Assembly (NCBI GenBank): GCA_010015585.1
Contig: ML975155.1
Length of the DNA stretch: 64,000 nucleotides
Direction: 5' to 3' (one strand)
From: Eremomyces bilateralis CBS 781.70
Taxonomy: Eukaryota
Under the pieces are notes generated by a model. It made no database searches and was not told the DNA's origin. It saw nothing but the letters and a program-made list of their open reading frames with translations. Each line of letters begins with the position of its first letter. The stretch's first letter is position 1. Positions 45,963 to 59,972 of this stretch are shown here, piece by piece. Position numbers and translations under genes: made by a program.

Positions 45963-48900
45963 ATGGCAGACACTAGCTCGGATGATGGCAGTTCGGTATC
46001 AGAATTGATCCCTTCGCTCACGGCTCTAGGGACTGGTCCAAACTCCATTCGCGATGATAGACCAGCTGCAGAGATGAGCCTTGGTTTGAGCGCAGATATA
46101 CGCCCGTCGCTCACACATCGCCTGATACATGACAAGTCAATATTGGTTTTGACTGTATCCGAGGATCGAATATATGCGGGAACACAGAATGGAGAGATAT
46201 TGGTGCGCTTGGTGAACGCTGTCCATTGGAATCGAGCTGATCTGTCCATAGGTTTTCAGTCTCAAATCCTATGAACGAATTGGGCATATCCAGGCACACA
46301 GGGGAAGTGTACTTGGGCTCTGCCTTCGTGAAAAGGAAACCATTATCTTTTCAAGTGCGGCCGACCGTATAGTAAACGTGAGCTCCTCGGATACTCTAGC
46401 ACCCACCAGCTTGCTCACCAAGTGATTGCTAGGTCTGGTGCACTAAGACACTCCGGAGATTATACTCAATCTACTCGACCTACGATATCGGAGACGTATT
46501 CTGCGTTTGCTACTCCTCCAAATCTAAGACCGTCTACCTCGGAGCCCAAAACACAACTATACAAGTATAAACCTACCTTTGAGGCACACGAACCAATAAT
46601 TGACGGTGTTCAGTGGTATGACCTTCGCGAGAAAGACCGTCGACCTTCGCCACGCCCCTCCGACCATCCTCATTATCGACAAGATCGTTTCTTCGACTCG
46701 ACCGGTCCCGGTGGCATTCGCACCCCTCGTCTCGAAGTTGAAGACGACCCGCTGGAAGCGCACGGTGGTCAGGCACTTGAGATTGACCCTCAATCCATAC
46801 ATCAATTCGCACATTATGGCTACGTATATTGCATGGTATTGGCTCGTGGCATTCTTCCGAATGCGCCTGCTGATGAAGAGGTGCTGGTATCGGGAGGCGG
46901 AGACGGTATCGTTAAGGTTTGGAGCCTCAACGGGAAAGGTTCCGGCCGGATACATGAATTGTATACCCTTGAAGATGGCAGAGAAGAAGGCGACTCTGTC
47001 CTGAGCCTTGTCTTGGACGGGGCCTTCCTTTATACCGGCCGATTAGATGGAGACGTGAACGTGTGGGACTTGGAAACAAGACAGCTGGTCAGAACCCTCA
47101 GAGTAGACGTCGGTGATGTCTTGACAATGTCTGTCGGTGGTGGACACCTGTTCACTGGGGGGGTAAACGGGACGGTTGAGGTAATATTACAGCCGTTACC
47201 CAACAAATCATATACTGACACTGTTCCAGAAATTCAATAGGCAGTATGAGCGTATCTCTAAGTTCCAAGCCCACGGAGGACGCATTCTCTGCTCTGCATT
47301 CATCAACCTCAACGGACGGCCAGTATTTGTCACAGGGTCTAATGACAGTACCATCGCAGTATGGGATATTCAGGACTGCATTGACGTTGGAGAAAACAAA
47401 CGGAGGACGCATAGCGGTAAGAGTCATTTCTGCGATGTAACAAACTCATCTAACTTTAATAGACTACCTGCTAGAGTCATTGCAAGAATTCGTCTCATAT
47501 CGAACCGTATCTTCCGATTCGCGATTCAAAGGAGATTGCCATCGAGGAGCATCATTTCTTCGGTCCGTCCTGAAAAACTTTGGGGCTACGACGGAATCCC
47601 TAAAGTCCGGCGACTCATTCAATCCTGTTATCTATGGACGATTCCGTGGCAATCCCCAAACCGCGACCAAGAGAAAGAAAATCCTTTTCTATGGCCATTA
47701 CGACGTTATTGCAGCCGATAACTCCCAAGGCAAATGGCTCCGAGAGCCCTTCACATTGTCCGGGATTGATGGGCACCTGTATGGTCGAGGGGTCTCCGAC
47801 AACAAAGGACCGATAATGGCGGCGATCTACGCTGCCGCACAACTCAATACATCCCAAGCGCTGGAATCGGACATCATCTTCATCATCGAAGGCGAAGAGG
47901 AGTGCGGGTCGCGGGGCTTCGCCGAGACGATTCGTCGCAACCGGAAGCTGATCGGGGACGTGGATTGGATCCTCCTCGCAAACAGCTACTGGCTGGACGA
48001 TGACGTCCCCTGCTTGACGTACGGTCTTCGCGGAGTCATCCATGCTACAGTCCAAGTCGAGTCTGCCCACCCTGATTTACATTCCGGCGTCGACGGAAGT
48101 GCCCTTCTCGACGAGTCGCTGAAGGATCTTGTGCTCCTACTGTCAAAGCTAGCCGGGCCTCATGGCCATGTCGAGATTCCAGGTTTCTACGAGCCGATCC
48201 TGAAACTCACTCCCGAAGAGCTCGAGCTGTACAACCATATCACCACCACCCTCATTCGTCGCGACCCAGACCTCGGAGACCCCATTCAGCTAGCCACCAG
48301 CCTCATGCGCCGATGGCGCGAAGCCTCTCTCACGATCCACCGATTCCACACCTCCGGCCCAGAGAACTCCACCATCATCCCACGGCTCGCCCGCGCCGCG
48401 ATCTCCCTCCGCCTCGTCCCGAACCAGTCCGCGGAAGCGATCTCGCAACAGCTCGAGTCCTTCCTCCAGGAGCAATTCGCCAGCCTCGGTAGCCAGAACA
48501 AGCTCACTGTCGCCATCGACCACCGCGCCGAACCCTGGTTGGGTGACGTGCACAATGAGATCTACCAGACGTTGGAGGAGGGCCTGGTGAAGAGCTGGGG
48601 CGACCAATGGGGTCGGCGACGGAGCAGCTTTCACGCGTCGAAATTCGCCGGCGCGAAAGCGAATGGTGACGAGGGGGCTAAGAAAGAGAACATCCCATCC
48701 ACCGGCCACGTTCCATCCCCCACGACCCGCCCAGCCACCTCGTCCACGCTCTCGCGCACCAGCACCCGCGTCGCCGATCTCGACACCGCGTCCCAACCGG
48801 CCGCGAATAGGAGCGGCAACGCCGCGGCCCCCGAATCGCCCATCGCCGAGACCAGCCGCGAGCCGGCGCCGTTCGCGCGCCCACTGTACATCCGAGAAGG

Positions 48901-49078
48901 CGGGTCGATCCCCGCGATCCGGTTCTTGGAGACGGAGTTCGATGCGCCAGCGGCACAGCTGCCGATCGGGCAGGCGAGCGATTCGGCGCATCTGGACAAC
49001 GAGCGGATCCGGCTGGTGAATCTGATGAAAGGGAAGGAGGTGTTTGAGTATGTTTTCCGGGAGTTGCCGCGACGGTGA
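45963..49078 (+). CDS. DUG2: Dug2-like WD40 + M20 peptidase (glutathione degradation complex), multi-exon
   Basis: N-terminal WD40 repeats (SGGGDGIVKVW, GDVNVWDL), then the M20 domain YGHYDV, YGRGVSDNKGP, EGEEECGS, DLHSG, IREGGSIP and AHLDNE. Confidence 0.9.
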
Positions 49079-51787
49079 GTCGGTCGCGGTTCTGTGGGTA
49101 GCATAGGCGTTTTGATGATTGATAAATTGAGGGGTTGGTTTGGGAACGGGAGTCAAAAGTTGGCTCCTGATGTTTTCGGGACCGTGATCGGGAGATTCAG
49201 CGTTATGGGGTTATTCTGGATGACGATATAGATACCCTACAGCAATAGAATTGGCTTCACCGCTGCCTACTGTACCTTATGGCATAAGACGCTACTTTGA
49301 CATCCTACCGCGATCATATTCTTATTGTGGCTAAGAACTATCTCCTTGATTCATGATGTCTGGTCTATTCGTGGATGCAATGTCCTTACCTATATTCGCT
49401 CTCGTGACTTCTATGTTCTCCCCTTCGACAAGGTTTGGAGTTGATTTCGATACGGAAGCGAACGAGGAAAGAGGTGATGCGCATATCTACGTCGCGTCAA
49501 ACGGCCATATCATCGCGACTGTGATCCGGACGCTCTTTCTTGTGCAAATCTCTCATAGCAGCTGCGCATCGCACGCTACCTTGACGGCGGCTTCTCCCGC
49601 CCTACACTGGTCGGCGCCACGTGCAAAAAGCCTCATGATAGGCTGTGTTCCGGCACATTTAAAACTAGATTTAGTCCACGGGAAGTGCCAACGGAGTGCG
49701 GGAGGACTGGAGCCAGCGGGTAGCGGACCCAGATCCAAACGAAAAGTCCCCAAAAACGCAGATGTACTCTACGCGATTCAGACAGTGCTCACTGGACACG
49801 GTACAGGCCAAACAGCAGCAGACAGTGTACCATGGAGCGGTCGGTCGTACCCGGCGAGAGGCGCGCCATGAAACGGGGAGAGACGGGACAAAAAGGACGT
49901 CAGGAGCCGAGCTCGAACGGCGGCAATTGGTACCTGTCAAAGCACAGCACGAGACTCTGAGACAATGCGTTACCCGTGGTGGTACCAGCACCGCAAGACA
50001 GAGTGGTGAAGGGTACCACGGCATAGAAAACGGAGGAGGGAGAGCTCAGAGAAGACGAGAAGAGATCCTTCGACGAGCACGACCGCATTGGAGGGTCGTT
50101 GGAGGGGGCCACCAGGCCACACAATCGGGCTCACACAGTGCAACATTCGGGTGGTAGAGATCCTCTGCGTTGGCGCCAGTCGCAACCAAATGTTCCGAAC
50201 GAAAACCGGGAGTGGTTGGACGATAGAGAAGCCCAAAGAGATATGCGCTGCGTTGGCATGATGGGACTTGAGTGAAACGGTCAAACGGAACGCGCTTTTG
50301 GTATGGGAGAGCCAATGGATCCGGCGGGAAATTCGTCATGCTGAGTCGCGTTCGTGACAAAGTGACTGGTCTACGATATCATCAATAGTCCAATACACGA
50401 GAGCGACGATCACCACAGATGGCGCGAATGCGTGGTGTTTTTCTCGCACTAAGAGTGAATGGGATATTGCCTCCTTTTCAATCTATCGACTTTTGCGATA
50501 TTGACAAGGCAAATAACCTTTCCTCGTGGGATGTTCGTATTTGTTTAATGAAACCACTGGCTTATTGGGCGGCAGGGAGAGTGAAGAGTGTCGATCTCAA
50601 GTAAATTGGCTGATGGCCCATCGCATGGTTGGCCTGGTGAAGTTGGTGAGTCCCGCCTGTGTCCTGGTCACTGCCGCTCGGCGTTATTTTGGCCTCTTGG
50701 CAAGTGCCTTTAGCGGATGGAAAGCGAAATGAGCCTCTTCGTCGCTCCTTCCCTCCACGCTCTAATGACTCCAAAATCCAACAGTCCAACAGCAATCACC
50801 GAGTTGGTCACCGACAAGTGGCAACGGCCAGTTGCGGGTTGGGGGACCAGTCCTTTATTGCTGCCCACATCCAAGTGACTTGTTCAAGCTCTAACAGTGG
50901 GTTCTCAACAGAATAAAAATCTTCCCGGAATAATATCTGCATCGGCAATGCGACGCGGAGAGGAGAAAATGTTGGATTTCCGCCTTGCCACGATTTCGTG
51001 TTGGGGATGTTAGAGGAATGTTGGAAGGATCTGATGATGTGAGGCCGGGGGGCAATGCCACCAATGAGGCGTCCAGGCACCGCGCTTAGACCAAGGGGAT
51101 CCGTCCAATCAAACCTGGGGTGCTGAAGGCAATTTCCCATTTCTTAATTTCCGTCGGACGCGCTAAACTTTATCTAGGGCCCCTGTTCCGAAATATCCCT
51201 GTTACGCTCTGATTTGCTGGACAAGCCCGTGTCGCTCTTTCCCTGTCTCGGTGTCGCTCATTCTCTCTCTCGTGTCCTGTGTTTGCTGGTCGCTTCCTCT
51301 CTTCTCTCGCCCTTCTGCTCTCTCTCTTCTCTCTCTCACCCATCCAATCTTTACACTCTTTTACTCTCGCAACAACTCCTCTCTCTGCTCTTCGCTGTCA
51401 TCGCTGGTGCGATCGCTCTCTGTCACTCATTTGATATCGAAACAATCGATCAATTTCCAACTCTACGCCTTGCGCGCATCCTGTCGCTTCAAACACCGAT
51501 TCCGTATAGCTCCAAGCTCACAGCTGTCGCTCGAACACCAACGTCAACAAACCGCCTTCGCTCGACGCATCGCAATCGCACCGCGACAGACAACGCATTC
51601 AGCACGAATTCATTCGATTGAATAGCTTCTCCGGCACTAGACCTTGTCGCTCTCTGTCAATACTTTACTGCGCGACCCTCAATTGGCACGTCTCTCCGAT
51701 CGTGTACAAATCATCACCAAGCAAACACCACCACATTCCACATCGACCAACTCACCCGACAACCGTTTCGCATACCTCTCAGCCACG

Positions 51788-52147
51788 ATGCGTTTCTCCA
51801 CGATCATCCTCCCTCTCCTCTCCATCCTCGCCCCCGCCGCTCTCGTCGCTGCAGATGATGCCTCCACCTCCTGCTCGACCCTGACCTCCACCCGCACCGT
51901 TGTCCGTGTCGTCACCGAGACTCATACCGGATCCCCGTCCGCTACGCAGAACTCCACCTCCGCAGCCCCGACGCATGCCAGCGCCTCGTTCAAGCCCAGC
52001 GGCAACGGCACCGCCACGAAAACCCCCACCGGATCCGCTCCATCAGCCAGCGGCCAAGTTCCGTTCCCTGGCGCGGCTGGCCAACTCCTCGTGCCGCAGA
52101 TCATGGTCGGCGTTGCCGCAGTCGGTGCTGGCTTCATGTTCTTATAA
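51788..52147 (+). CDS. small secreted Ser/Thr-rich GPI-anchored cell-wall protein
   Basis: Signal peptide MRFSTIILPLLSILAPAALVAA, S/T-rich core and hydrophobic C-terminus after FPGAAG. Confidence 0.85.
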   Translation: MRFSTIILPLLSILAPAALVAADDASTSCSTLTSTRTVVRVVTETHTGSPSATQNSTSAAPTHASASFKPSGNGTATKTPTGSAPSASGQVPFPGAAGQLLVPQIMVGVAAVGAGFMFL

Positions 52148-53932
52148 GTCACGTCATTCGGTATGACAGTAGCTGAGACGATGAGGGATCGGGCTCTGGC
52201 TGTCGAATACTAGACGAGAAGGAGTTGACGCGTCACGACTACGAAGAATCTTCCATGATGGCTTCATCATACCCCACACTATGTTTTCATGGTTTCTGTT
52301 CCTTCGAACATTTCTCAGCCGAGGCTTTTCGCGCTGTTACCCAATATCCTGCCCTCGGCGAGGCGCTTAAGCTTCTGCAGTGAATACCCCCCTTTTCCCA
52401 AGCGTTCTTTTCTCTTTGCCTCGATCGCTCTCGTCTGCGTTGATCGTCCATCACCTGTTATCGGATGGCTGGAATGCAGCGCGACTTGTACGCGTCGATG
52501 GCTATCACTTCTATTCTTCTCTTTCTCGGTTGATCGGCAAGCGTTCGCCGGTTGCGTCAAAACGCTGGCTGGTGCCCGAGTTTTCGCTTTGCATTCCCTT
52601 CCCTTGTACGTTCATGTGTCGTCGCGACCAGTGCGTGCATCGGGACAGCATGCTCGATACCGCGACTTTGTTCGACTGTGGCCTGCCCGCAGCTTTATGC
52701 ATGGCGGCCCTGTCTCATACCTTGTTTTCCCTTGTCTTTTCTACCTGAACATGGTTCGCCCCGTAAGAGTGTTAAAGCTTAACTTGTAAGGGGAGCCCCA
52801 CCGGGGAGTATGTCTGGAAATGGGCTGGGTGTGTAGGTAGATCAATTAAACCAAAATAAAAAAACCAAAAAACCTCAACCTTGGTTGCGTAATGTGCATA
52901 TGATCTGCCCGTGACCTACCCTTCATGTACAGACTACATAGCCGACCCGTTCCCTGCAAGCATCACGCATAACCGTCCCCATTCGGGCCTATCCACACAA
53001 TGAAGTACGATGTGACCCTCTATTCTTGATCGCAACAACGTTTCTTCATGCATCTGCATCCTCAACGAAGCTTGACTGCAGTCCAACAGAGTCGCGAACG
53101 ATCGCGCCCATGCAAAGAGTCGCCCCAAACAAATCCATGGATCCACGGGGTTGTCTTGATACGTGGGTTTATCCTTAAACTTCATCGGTTGACGTACACC
53201 CTTCGGTTCACGGCTCTTCACATCTCGTAGATTTCGAATCCTCTATCTTGCGGGTGTTCACAATCAGAAGAGTTACAGATGGCTGAGGGGGCCGATGTGC
53301 TCGATGGAATATCGTATATAGGGCTAAAGCGGCTCATCCATGATGAATTATCACATATTACTGATATGCCGCGCATTACACAATGTTCCTCTCTTCCATG
53401 AAGCTCAGCTCTGCCTAAACAGACCATGACTTCCCTCATAAGGATGAGTTGCAGCTAATGATACAGCATGATATCACATATTTCGGCATCATATATCCAT
53501 CGTTGCGGCGAGCAGGTGTACATATTGAGCGATAACCCCTCGTTAGGTAGGCTTCTTGCACTTCCGGAATGTTTCGTGAGTGGGTGTACTCTTCAGCCTT
53601 TGGCTGCATGATTATAGATGGCCTCTGGTTTAGTTGTCAGTCTTCTATCCGACTGTACCTTGCTAATAACCAGACAAAAGTGAATGTCTACCAAATGAAG
53701 CTTTCCGTTCCCTTGATATCGATCCCATTCAGAGCCGACTATCCTCCATGAAAGCATAAACTAACCCATTGCGATCCTTCGCCACTACCTGTCTACCTCC
53801 TAGTCGCATCGCCATCTCATGAGCACGCATATACGGCCTACAGTTCCAGAGATCAAGCCACCAAACCAACATGATGTTGACCGGCAAAAAGAAATCACAT
53901 CCAGAAATTTGGAAGAAGAAGAAAAAAAAAGA

Positions 53933-54027
53933 TAGCTCAGGACGGCCTCGATCCGTCGACCTTCGGGTAAACTCATTCACAAACTGTGTATGAGCCCAAC
54001 GCGCTAAACCCACTGCGCCACTGAGCT
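53933..54027 (-). tRNA. tRNA-Met(CAT), initiator-type, with 20-nt intron (53969-53988)
   Basis: AGCTCAG TG GCGC AGTGGGTTTA GCGC G TTGGG CTCATA[intron]A CCCGA AGGTC GACGG ATCGAGG CCGTC CTGAGCT A, followed by oligo-T. Shows A1:U72, three G:C anticodon-stem pairs and A54. Confidence 0.92.
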
Positions 54028-55045
54028 GTTGATGAATTATTTTAGCGAAAATTTTACTTTATCGGAGCTTAGTTAATCCCTGCTCGTTCTCCTCGACCAT
54101 CCTGGTTGCTCCGCCACGGCCTACGGGGTTTCAACAGCTCGAGAATCAGTATCAAGTTGCCCTTTGATTCAGCCCTTCCCCTTCTGAAGTTTGATTAATT
54201 ACCATGATTTCTATTAAATTTATCTATGGCCGGGAAAATACTACACCCTATACTTTAAGCGCATGGATCAAGCCATAGAATTAAGTTGTTGATTCTCGTT
54301 GCAACCTTGATGGTTCGCCGGGGCCACTTACAGCAGCGCATTTTATCCCTAGATAAAGTAGAGATACAAGAGCTGCAACAACATGGTGATATCTGTCATA
54401 CTTAGGATCTCTTTGAGATTCCCATTCGGATAGAACCCAAGGTCGACGTACTCCTTCGGGGGACCGATGGAGACGCATTTCACGCTCAGAGGGTAGCTGC
54501 CGAGAGTGAGATAGATACCCGCTTCAGTTTCGCAGACTCCGAGATTTTGACAGGTTATGCTGGGTCATCATCAAATATATGGCATTCTTTCCTGGCAATA
54601 TTTCCGATTCGATAGGTTTTGACGCCCATGCCCACCATGAGTTCTCGTGGCGGTGTAGCGGTCAAGTAGAGTATGCGCCCGGTGAGGTCTGTCCCTAATT
54701 TTCATTTGGTCTTCACATCGTTGTTCGTTGCCATATAAAGGTAGCATGGGAGGGATGCGGGAGCAGGGCTAGAATCAGACGTCCAAGGCGAAAAGCTGCA
54801 GGATGCGAGATTGGAAGCGCCAAGATAGGGGTATATCGAACTGCTACCCCGACGAATAAGCTATGCGGTGATATTTAGTTGTCACTCATACGCTGATGCG
54901 GAACCTCGACACGACACATTGAGACTACGAAACTGGAAGATTGCGGAATTTGAACAATATTCTTGATTTAGCTCGCTGCTCGCAAGCGTAGTATTTCGGG
55001 GTATCAAATGTCAGTACCTGAACATATTTGGGATCGGATAAATGA

Positions 55046-58000
55046 TCAAAGCTCATCTGAATCGTATCCATCGTCATGCATGAGCGCTGGATACGTTCGC
55101 GACCGCAGATCTCGTTCTAGGCCACCGTCGGATTCAGGGTCAACATACCCTGTGTGCAAAGTTAGCAAGTCAAGCCCAAAACGATGATATATTGGAAGTG
55201 AAGACTCACCTTCTCCTCCAAACAGGCTCAAAACCACCGGTAAGAACACCAGCGCATGCGTCGCCGCAAACACCACCAAGGCTACCCATATCCTGAAATA
55301 GTAAACTTCGAAGATCTTACTCCGCGTGAACGCCAACACGCAAACGCCCACGAACTTCGTGACCGTAATCCCCGTGAAAACACTAGCTCCTACGTTGACC
55401 AGGGCACTCCACGCCCTCACATCCTTGCCGCGGAACTTGTGTCGCGGCGCCCGCTCCATGACCGTGACGGATGGGAACGCGAAGGCGCGAGCGATGTGCG
55501 CGCAGAATTCGACGCCGATGCCGACGGAGATGACCAGGTTGACGAGGGAGACGGCGTTGAGCGAGACGCCGGCGATGGCCATGAAGCCGACGATGTCAAT
55601 GAGGATCATGGCGACAGTGACGGTGACGACGAGACCGGTCTGAAGGGAGCCGAGGAAGATGGTGGTGAGGACGAGGATGATGGCGAGGGCAGAGCCGAGG
55701 AGGGCGCAGGAAAGTCGGACGATGGAGAGGTATTGGTCGAAGAAGATGTAGAAGGCGGAGTAGGGGAAGACGGTGGTGCCTGTATGCTCGGAGATCTCGG
55801 ATGCGATACGGCGTGCGCTGGAATAGGCGTCGATGAAATCGGATTGGCTTTTGAGCGGCGTGTGAGATGTTCGGAAATGGGACGCCGGGATGGTCAGGCG
55901 CTCATGGTCGATGACAATGGCGCTGCCATACGCTGCTTTCCCAGCGAGAGGGCAGTCGGCTGTTGTTGGCGCTTCGAGCCACCTGTTCAGGTAGTGCACG
56001 AATTCTTGTCCCTCGGGCATCCCCCAAAGTGTCCGATTCCATGGTGGGTCGCGATGGGCGAAGCAGGTATCTCTCCCATCCACGCAACAGCTCTCGAATG
56101 ACGGATCTAGCCATTGCAGATAGTCATCAACCCACACCGCTGCGGAAGATGCAATGTGAGACACATCTGGTCGTTTGCTTTCTTGCTCCAGGATGTTGGA
56201 CAAAGAAAACGACTGGCAAGTGGTGAAGTGGCCGCAGAGCTCCTGCTGGTGCCTTCTCTCAGTCACGTTCAGGTCCTGGGCGACGAAGTAGACCGGTGGT
56301 CCGACATCGAAGTAGGCGTAGAAGTCGTTAAAATAGGGGATCAAATATGAATCGCTGGGAATGGCGATACGCTGATCCAGCCCAAGTTCGACCTTCGGAA
56401 TCAAAGCTAGGCCAACGGTAAATATTCCTAAGAAGAAGGTGATGATGCCAACTTTCGTCTTCTTGCCTAGGAGTGCCGGAGCATAGTGTTTCCTGATGAA
56501 CCTCTCGAGCCCGCCTTCTTCATCCACGCCGTACGCTGCGTGGTTATTTCCAACACTGCTATCTGAGCCCCTCACCTTCAGGCAAGGGAAACAGTCGGCA
56601 CGGCCAGCCTCCACCCTTTGCTGGTTGAGCGCTAGGACGGCGACAAACAGAGTAATCTGCAAAAGGGCGTTCAGGAGGACTGCGCCAGCAGCATAAGCCG
56701 CAAAATTGCGAACGGCAGGCATGTCAACGGCGGCACCTAGCGCAAACGCGACTGTCTCAGTGGATGCTGACAGGAGAATGCTGGGCCCAATGCGGCCCAT
56801 GGCTCGGCCGATCCGTTCGGGAATCGGAGCATCCCCATAATTGACATTCACACGTTCGAACTCATGCACGATCAGGAAGATGTTGTCGACACCGATGGCA
56901 AGGACCAAGAACGGGATGACTTCGGCGATGATGAGGGTGACTTTGACTCCACATGCCGAAAAAAGGCCCACGGAGGCGGAAACAGACATGAGCACGATGA
57001 CAATGCCAACAATGCCAAGCATGAACTTGGACTGAACAAGAGCATCGGCTGGATACCGAAGAATAGTCCGCGCTGCTAGAGTGGTCGAGCCGAGCGCCAA
57101 GGAGGCGTACAGAAACATGATGATATAGCTGATCACCACAATCTTGGCATCGGTATTCGTGGACTTGTTCAGCTCTTCTTCAAGGCTGATCTCCGTATTG
57201 AAAGATAGTCGAAGGCCACGATCTCGAGCCTCGGCTTGCACAGCAAGGAGTAGGTTCTTGAGGCTCTTCTCCCAATCCATGGTGTCAGTGAGTTTTGATG
57301 AGCCTTCGGGGTGGTTATTCACAACCCATGTTATGATCAACGACTTTGCATCAGCCACGCTCTTGTTATACCCGCCGAACACCATTTTCGGATCAAGGGG
57401 TTGTTGAAATTGCGGCAGGCAGTCCACAGGAGACTCGGCACATTTCTCGAGTTGGCTTTCCCAGCGGATCGGATCCACATTTGCGAAGGAGCCGCCAAAG
57501 TAACCGGTGACTGATTGAACAATGCAAGCATCTTCAACAGGCTTGAAGCAGACATCATCGAACATAGCGCCGGCATCGAGAGAGATGAGACGTTGAACTC
57601 GGTTTTCGACGTCAAACCACCAGCCGAGCGTGTCGTAGCTCAGCACCGGTCCAGGCCCAAATGGCGACGTGTCGTTGACCAAGAAAGCCTGCTCAGCACG
57701 GTAGAACGGGCCGAAATTGGTATCGAAGAACTGCTTTTCCTTTGCTGCCGCCGAGTCTGGAGACACCCACAGTCGAACGGGGTTGGTTTCGATCGCGAAA
57801 TTGATCCAGCCCAGGCTCAAAAGCGCAACAACGAGGACACTTGACAGGATCGTGACTGCTGGAAACTCGGCGCAAAGATAGCCAAGTCGATTGAAGAGCC
57901 GGTCGCAGACGTTGTTGAGGTAATACTCCCTCTGTGGCCGGTCCACCATCCCGGCGGAATGAAGGACATCGCCCTCGTCCTCATCATCGCTTGGTGCGGT

Positions 58001-58988
58001 ATCTTGCAGTAGCTGCAACCTCTCATTCTTTGCCTTGGAGTGTTTCTGATACGCAACATGTCCGGATATGGCAAGGATTAATAGCAAGATCAGGACGGAG
58101 TAGACGATGATGACCGCAAATGAGAGGCATGGGAGCACCCCGACGTGGCAATAATGCGCCCCGGATACTTCTGGAAGCTTTGGGCACGTCGCTGGACAAT
58201 CCACGCAAGCGCAGCGATATCGCTCGTCCTCATCGTTGCATTGCTTCGGCTTGTCATCCATGGTCGTCATCCCGGGGAATTCCTTCTCGTCTGGATTAGG
58301 AAAGTTCATCTGGAACGGGCTTCCACCGAACTTCTTCTCGCCGAGAAAGTTCAGGAAATGCGAGAAATCCTTTGCGCCGCCGCCGATCAGGTCCATCGCC
58401 TTCATCCCGGCGCCGAATTTGACATCTTTGCAGCTATCGTAGAACCCGCCGCCGTAGCCGCTGGACACCAGGTTGTCAAGCTCCGTCACGAGATATTTGT
58501 CACTCTTCGGCGCCACGTCGGTGACGTTTAGGAACAGTGATTGATCTGGTGAGCAGGTAAAGGTACAGAAGAGGTTGAAGAAGTTCGCTTCACAAGCCGG
58601 ACATGCCGAGATGACTTGGTCAGCGCGCTTTAAATTCGTCGCAAGGACATCGATCTACCCGCACGTTAGCATACCAAATCACATTCCCGAACCAATCCAT
58701 GTGTATAGACATCCATACCTGCTCCTCCAAGCAACAAACCGGCCCATCCGCCCACTTCTCCCCGCACAACTCCACCAACTTTTCCCTTGCCGCGGACGTC
58801 GGATCCCCCGCAAGCCCATTGTCCGGACACGGGAGATCCGATCCAAAAAATCCTTGCTTGCCGCAGTGGCCCCGAACCGCGCAGCGACCAGCTTCGTGCT
58901 TAGTGGTCCAGCTGGGCGCCGCGGCGGAGGCGGAGGCGATCTGGAGTGCGGTTACGGCGAGCAGCGGCCATCGGAGGAGCCGCCGCAT
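55046..58988 (-). CDS. NCR1: Niemann-Pick C1-like sterol transporter, introns 58655-58718 and 55150-55209
   Basis: Signal peptide, Cys-rich NPC1 N-domain (CAVRGHCG..CPDN..CC, FTCSPDQSLF), sterol-sensing domain (EVIPFLVLAIGVDNIFL) and GIGVEFCAHI. Confidence 0.95.
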
Positions 58989-59972
58989 GGCGAAGGGAGA
59001 GATCCGAGCGAAGGGATATGAAAGGGAGGTGGAGCGCGATTGCGCTTTATGATGTGCGGTCGTCCAGGAGCTTCGGGATCGGGTGGATCTCGTCGGATGG
59101 TTCTAGGTGTGGCGTTGATCAGGTGCTTCGGAGCGCGAGGAAGCTGTAGGTACGCCAATAAGCGGGAATGGAGCGACTGTGGTGACGAAGTACGTTATGA
59201 GGATAAGGAGAGGTGATTCTGTGGTTCTCGAGATGAGCTGGTAATGAAGGAATACGTCTGTCGCCTGAGGATGGGTGATGTTGTGGGATGAGGTGGATGG
59301 CTGGATGCTTAGCTCGGCCCCAGCGCCGACGTCACTATTGGCGGCAGCTGGCAAGCCCTAACAAGGCACCGTATTTATTACCTACTGTATTACGGCTTAC
59401 CATATTCCGGATATTGGTTCCTGACGATCCATGCATGGCATAAACCGGAGATCTGAGGGCACGGGTCTCATATTCTATACATCAATGTTGATGAACTGAT
59501 ATCTAATGTGCCGTGGTGTTTCGAGATTGAGCCGACCTAGACATCTTAGCCCCCCACACATTCGTACTGATATCCGACAGAAGCTGATTTCGAATGCACT
59601 CGACCTTTTATACCTAAGGCAACGCTAAGCTTTCATGGCTATGTTCCACCTGTCTAGAATACACATTGCTTGCATGGTGAGTCCAGAGAGAACCGATCTC
59701 TGGGGCAAAACCAAGCCGAGTATATCGCCAGACCAGCACTTTCGTCCTCATCCTCCGAAGCAAACAGAACTAAGAGATATCGCCGACGAAAGAGAAAATT
59801 ACAGGAACGGCAGCGTATTGACGTAGTGCAGTCCAAATGGATTCGCCGGAGACAAGAAAAGCAGGCTGGGCTGACCATCTAATTCAAACCGGCGCGCAGG
59901 CAACCGAATGGGCGAACGACGCCCGGGAAATGCACTGCCTGTAACATCCAGAACTCCTTGCAGACGTCGCGC

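Noticed and set aside
49353..51625. Several 100-170 aa ORFs upstream of the GPI protein gene
   Set aside because: No coding bias or motifs; consistent with a long promoter and CT-rich 5' UTR.
54640..54700. GGTGTAGCGGTCAA resembling a tRNA D arm
   Set aside because: No T loop, anticodon arm or acceptor pairing.
8..58988. Lipid-related genes (PLC-like, PLD, ceramidase, NCR1) as a functional cluster
   Set aside because: Dispersed among unrelated housekeeping genes, with no evidence beyond theme.
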